A stretch of 61,174 nt of DNA, the filler included. It is 4 parts of 4 records of this genome, joined end to end, with 100 filler letters (N's around TTAATTAATTAA, not from the genome) between each part and the next. Parts side by side here need not be neighbours in the genome. Positions count along the whole stretch, not along the records: positions 47,102 to 61,174 come from SRR20825019_2423; 3 more parts are not named here. One strand, written 5' to 3'. The translations under genes and the position numbers were made by a program. The notes beneath the pieces were generated by a model, which had not been told where the DNA came from, did no database searches, and worked only from the letters and a program-made list of their open reading frames with translations. This document shows positions 56,652 to 61,174 of the stretch, piece by piece (positions within the stretch are counted from its first letter, which is position 1; each line of letters opens with the position of its first letter).

Positions 56652-57506
56652 TCAACTTTTCACTGACTGCTGCACCAGTTCAGGATCAAAGGCGGCCCTG
56701 TCCAGATTAGCATCAGGAGCCTCTCCCCAGTCTTTGTTGCTACCTTTCTTGAGTATGTGCAATGCGAGATCATTGAAACAACCCATATTCTCAAAGCAGT
56801 CTTCCAACTCAAATTCATCGAACTCTGCCTCAGCGGCAACCACGCAGCTTGTCGCATAGCCTTTGTCAGCCGGCCCTAACCTCAAGGTGACTGATGAAAA
56901 TCTATTCGAAACTAAAGCGACGTTCGAAAGACCATTGTTCGTCCAGTTGGCTCCGAGGACGTTGCTCACCATGCGATGACCACAGTGCGGCATGTAGAAC
57001 AGAGTCGGCCGCTCCACGTGGCGACGGCACTCTTCATTTTTCTCTATTACTTCTAGCCCCACAACCTCGCACCACGCTAAGTCAACATCACAAAATGTGG
57101 GGTCGTAGATATGAACCCGCTCGAATGCACCCTCCTCCTTAAGCACCAAGAGAAGAGCGGCCTGGTACTGTGCTACACGCGAAGTTGCCAACGGTCCAAT
57201 TCCATAACACACAATATCCTTGAAATTGTCGAACACACCCTTGTTACGCAGTAACCCCACTACTCCTTCACAATACCTAGAGGCTCGAAGAGGTGCCACT
57301 TTCTCGGAGATGTGGTTGTCCAGCAACGCAGTTCTCTCTTCCAAAGACGAGGCGCCACGGGGCCCCTTCCTGGCCTTCGGGTCCACGGCGTGAAATCCGC
57401 TCGAACCCTCTGCGAACTGTGCCCGGGCAAGTTTTTCTATGTCGGCGGTACCGGTTTTCTTCCCCTTGCGGCCCTTCCTCCCTACTGTAACAAACTCCCC
57501 ATCCAT
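56652..57506 (-). CDS. SRR1-domain protein
   Basis: IVCYGIG, YQAALL, YDPTF, NEECRR, PTLFYMPHC, ANW. Confidence 0.9.
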   Translation of the reverse strand: MDGEFVTVGRKGRKGKKTGTADIEKLARAQFAEGSSGFHAVDPKARKGPRGASSLEERTALLDNHISEKVAPLRASRYCEGVVGLLRNKGVFDNFKDIVCYGIGPLATSRVAQYQAALLLVLKEEGAFERVHIYDPTFCDVDLAWCEVVGLEVIEKNEECRRHVERPTLFYMPHCGHRMVSNVLGANWTNNGLSNVALVSNRFSSVTLRLGPADKGYATSCVVAAEAEFDEFELEDCFENMGCFNDLALHILKKGSNKDWGEAPDANLDRAAFDPELVQQSVKS

Positions 57507-57599
57507 CCTCCTAAAATATGGAAGCCTACTGCATAGTCTTTCAATACACTTCTCTCTTATATTGCGACATTAGGAGCGTAAGCCGCGAGGCGGCTACAG

Positions 57600-58450
57600 C
57601 CCAGCGATGATGCACGCAAATCAAATGGCAGGCTGGGCAGGCGTGCCCCGAGCCACTCATCAGTCGGGTTCAGTAGGCTGAGGGACCCAGCCCGCCCGTG
57701 GCGGCACCCAGCGCCCCGCGTCCCGCACTCTCAGAACGGTGGCGGCCGGTCCCAGTCGGCCCGGCCCGGGGGGGCGGGCTGCGCCGCCTCGCACCGCAGG
57801 GCGGCCACGGGCCCCCCGAACTGAAACACAGTTCGGGGCCGCGCGGCGCGGCGGTCGGGACTTCCGGACAGGTGTCTATGCAATCCCAATTGGGGTGCTC
57901 AGTGCTTGGTACAGTCTGATGCCGAATCGACTTGGGCACGCGCCGAGGCGCCGGCCGCGGCGGGGTGCGTGAGCCCACTGGCGCTGATGACGACCGGACA
58001 CTGGGACAGCCGCCCGGCGGCTGGCTGTGGAGCGGCCGTGGCGTCAGCCGGTCCGTCACTGTGTGGCGACCGGACCGGCTTCAACACCACCGCCCGCCGG
58101 CCCCCCCGGCCGGGCCTCAGATCGGGCAGTGGACGCCGGGTGTAGTACAGGCCGTGCATGATCGACCCGCGGAGGACTTGACCGTCACCGCGGCGAGTGG
58201 TTCCTCGGGGGCCGGGGCTGGGGAGTTCCGGATCGTTGAACACACCGTGACACGGCTAGGGAGCTGCCCGCCCGCGCGCGGTCCTCCGGTCGCCTGCTGG
58301 GCCTGCCCAGGCCCCATGTGACCGGTCCGAGCACTCGTTGAGCCCTGGCTGCTGCCCCCGGGCAGCCCAGGCCCAACTTGGACCGCAGCGCTGCGGCAGT
58401 CCAGCTCATGGCGGGCACGTGGTTGGGCGGGTCCCTTGGACAAGCTAGCA
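57600..58450. promoter_or_regulatory. GC-rich bidirectional promoter island
   Basis: Between divergent SRR1-like and Sly1 genes; ATCCCAATTGGGG at 57883-57895. Confidence 0.6.
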
Positions 58451-58664
58451 AGCGTAGCCGGTGATGTGACACTACTTTGCAGGAGTCACGAAGAGGCTTA
58501 CAGTTCTTTCGCTCCCCATGTGAACAGCTCCCTATGGCTCACCGGACAGGCCTGAACTGACGCCCCTCGTCATTACGGGCCCGTCCCTTCCAGCCCTGGT
58601 TTGGAAGAGCTGCTTCATATATATTTCAGCGTCGCGAACGCTTTTTCGTGGACGAAAGGGCGCA

Positions 58665-60813
58665 ATGGCTGCCACACCACAACGGTCTAGTACGCAGTCA
58701 AGTGATGTGAAGCCTTCAAGCATATCTATCAAAGCCAAACAAACAGGTAGAATCAGCAGACTCTATCCTTGCAGAATTTGTGTTTAACTGCTCTTTAGGA
58801 TCACTCCTGAAAATGGTGAACTTAATGTCGGATAGCCCGCCAATTGGGTGGAAGGTCCTCATTTATGACAGATACTGCCGCGATATAATTGCGCCTCTTT
58901 TGCGAGTTGCTGAACTGAGAAAGAATGGGGTGACACTCCATTTGTATGTTGGTTTACTCGCTATACTTCTTCGTTTATCTCTAATGGTTGTGCTCCAGAA
59001 TGATTGATTCGGACCGTCAGGCAATTTCTGATGTAACGGCGGTGTATTTTGTTCAGCCAACTGAGTCCAATATCCGACGTATTTGCCAAGACTGTTCAAA
59101 CCGCCTTTATGATTCTTTCCACCTAAACTTTTCCTCTTCTGTGCCCCGTAATCTCCTGGAGGAAATGGCACAGTCTACCCTCCAGTCCGACTCGGTGAAT
59201 CTAATTTCAAAGGTTCACGACCAATACCTCAACTTTGTTTCTCTGGAGGATGGTCTCTTTACGTTGAACCAGGTATGTTGTAGAGGTATACTATGCCTTC
59301 AAGAGCTCCATTTGACCACTTTGTTGACACAGCCGAGGTCATATGTCTCTCTGCACAACCCCACGCTGCGTGATGCTGAGGTGGAGGCCAACATTGAGAC
59401 TATCAGTAACGCTTTGTTTTCTATGGTTGTTACTTTGGGTCAAGTTCCCTTCATTAGATGTCCAAGGGGAGAGGCTGCCGAAATGGTTGCGCAGAAACTT
59501 TCAAATAAGCTGCGGGAGCACATTTTGGAGCACAGCAGGGATGGAGCTTTCAGCAACAATGCGTCCTCAGTGCAGGCACGGCCTGTGCTCATTATTCTTG
59601 ATCGGAGCATTGATATTCCAGTCATTTTGCATCACACATGGACGTATCAGGCCCTGGTGCACGACCTGCTGGGCCTGTCATCTAATCGTATTAAGCTCCA
59701 GGTTGGTGCAATGGGCAACCTGGTCCGTTTAGAATCCGCAGGACTGCAACTCACATTCCTTTGTAGGTCGATGACGGAACATCGACGGGAACGAAGGTTT
59801 CGAAGCAGTACGACCTGGACGACAATGATGACTTCTGGAAGTCACATGCCCACCAGCCCTTCCCTAAGCTCGCCGAGGACGTGGACAACGCTCTGACCGA
59901 ATACAAGACTCAGATGGAAGATGTGACCCGTGCGACTGGTGGTGTAGACTTGAATGATCCTAATGTTCAGTTCAATTCCAACACAACTGAAATCGCCTCT
60001 GCAATCAACCAGCTTCCTATTCTTGCGAGAAAGAAGCAACTGATTGATATGCACACCAATATTGCACATGCTCTCTTGAGTGGAATCAAGGAAAGAGAAT
60101 TGGACACTTTCTTTGGGATCGAGGAGAGTATCATGACTCGTGACCGCTTTGACAAAAAGGAACTGCAGGCATTGTTGGGCACCGTGGAGCGTGGCACGCT
60201 GGAGGACAAATTGCGACTTATGATCATTTATTATTTGTGTACGGAGAGCATGCCCAGCGGCGAGATGGAGCAATACCAGGAGTTCCTTAAAGAGAATGGC
60301 GTGGAGCTAGACTGCATGGATTACCTCCGGACGGTGAAACAGCTGACCAGCGCGTGGAAGATGGAGAGTGCTGGCAGTGGCGGGAAGACTGGACTGTTCT
60401 CCAGCGATGCCTTGGCCAAAGTGTGGCAGGGTGGACAGAAGGGCATTGGCCTGCTCGCCCAGGGTGTGAAGAACCTGCTGCCGGCGAACAAGACGCTGCC
60501 TGTTACTCGAATCGTGGAGTCTATCATGGACCAGAAGGAGAAGGCCGGGTCGCCCGCCGAAACGTTCCTCTACTATGATCCCAAAATGCTGAGCGTGTCG
60601 GAGAACGCCCCGCGCTCTCGCACTCCGTACCGTGACGCGATCGTGTTTGTCATTGGAGGCGGGAACTATGTAGAATATGCCAACTTGCAAGAATACGCCA
60701 CCAAGAAGCCCGAGGCCCCGAAGAACATCGTATACGGCTCTACCGAGATAGTGTCTGCCAACGAGTTCATCTCTCAACTCGCAGAGCTCGGGAAGTTGGG
60801 GAAGCAGTTTTAG
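58665..60813 (+). CDS. SLY1: Sec1/Munc18-family protein Sly1 (SCFD1), multi-exon
   Basis: WKVLIYD..DIIAPLL..ELRKNGVTLH, AVYFVQPT, RPVLIILDR, HTWTYQALVHD, IDMHTNIA, VFVIGGGNYVEY; four short introns. Confidence 0.95.
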
Positions 60814-60909
60814 TTCTTATCGAAGTCTACTCAATTGATTACAACACTACATCTATTCATTGTTTATATCAGTCATTACGGTATATTACTCACGAGTCAT
60901 CATATCTGC

Positions 60910-61174
60910 GCCCGTCCCAGCCCGGGACGCGGGACCCGTTTCCACGTGAACGCTACCCGGGTGGGACGCCTCGGGCGCCTGGCTGGAGTGACCGACTCGA
61001 GGCGCGGCCCCGCGCCGGCAGCCGGCGCCCGGCCAGCTCACCCGGCCCTGGGGGCCCGGGCCGCGCCGTGAGTCCTGCACTCGCGGCCGCCCGCGGCCGG
61101 GCTCCGGCGGCCGGGCCGCGGCGCAAGTTGGCGGGGTCGGGCGTGGGCACCGCATTGCTCCCCGACTGGCCCCC
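60910..61174. promoter_or_regulatory. start of another GC-rich island
   Basis: Same CCGG/GGCC-dense composition as the other islands; runs to the window edge. Confidence 0.45.

Noticed and set aside
58841-58848. CCAATTGG inside Sly1
   Set aside because: Coding context (Pro-Ile-Gly) and an incomplete match; not counted as the promoter motif.
1-61174. CRISPR arrays, rRNA, tRNA, transposases, phage or giant-virus genes
   Set aside because: No repeat-spacer periodicity, RNA gene signatures or hallmark proteins were seen by eye.

Overview
The window is an artificial concatenation of four contigs joined by 100-nt N44-TTAATTAATTAA-N44 linkers. Contigs 1 (1-24039), 2 (24140-29892) and 4 (47102-61174) come from a gene-dense, intron-containing eukaryote that I cannot name. 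It has short GT-AG introns and very GC-rich islands at gene 5' ends. It encodes an IPT/TIG + EF-hand-like protein, two coiled-coil proteins, an F-box protein, a ~2,000-aa protein of uncertain family, a secreted GH18-like protein, alternative oxidase, a CLU-domain protein, a Ser/Thr kinase, a broken FG-GAP/integrin-alpha-like gene, SRR1 and Sly1. Contig 3 (29993-47001) is AT-rich Flavobacteriaceae-type bacterial DNA (dnaK, menI-like/menF/menD/menB, cvfB, C1 peptidase, asnB, 2-oxoacid dehydrogenase E1, yegP, OmpA-family, thioredoxin-like, ybaB). The strongest candidate for an undescribed system is an asparagine-sensing ribosome-mediated attenuator upstream of asnB: a 13-codon leader peptide MSFFSLNNNNQLP followed by mutually exclusive protector, antiterminator and terminator helices. 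Second is a recurrent palindromic promoter element (CCCAATTGGG) in the GC islands of all three eukaryotic contigs. Exon boundaries of eukaryotic genes were read by eye and are approximate.
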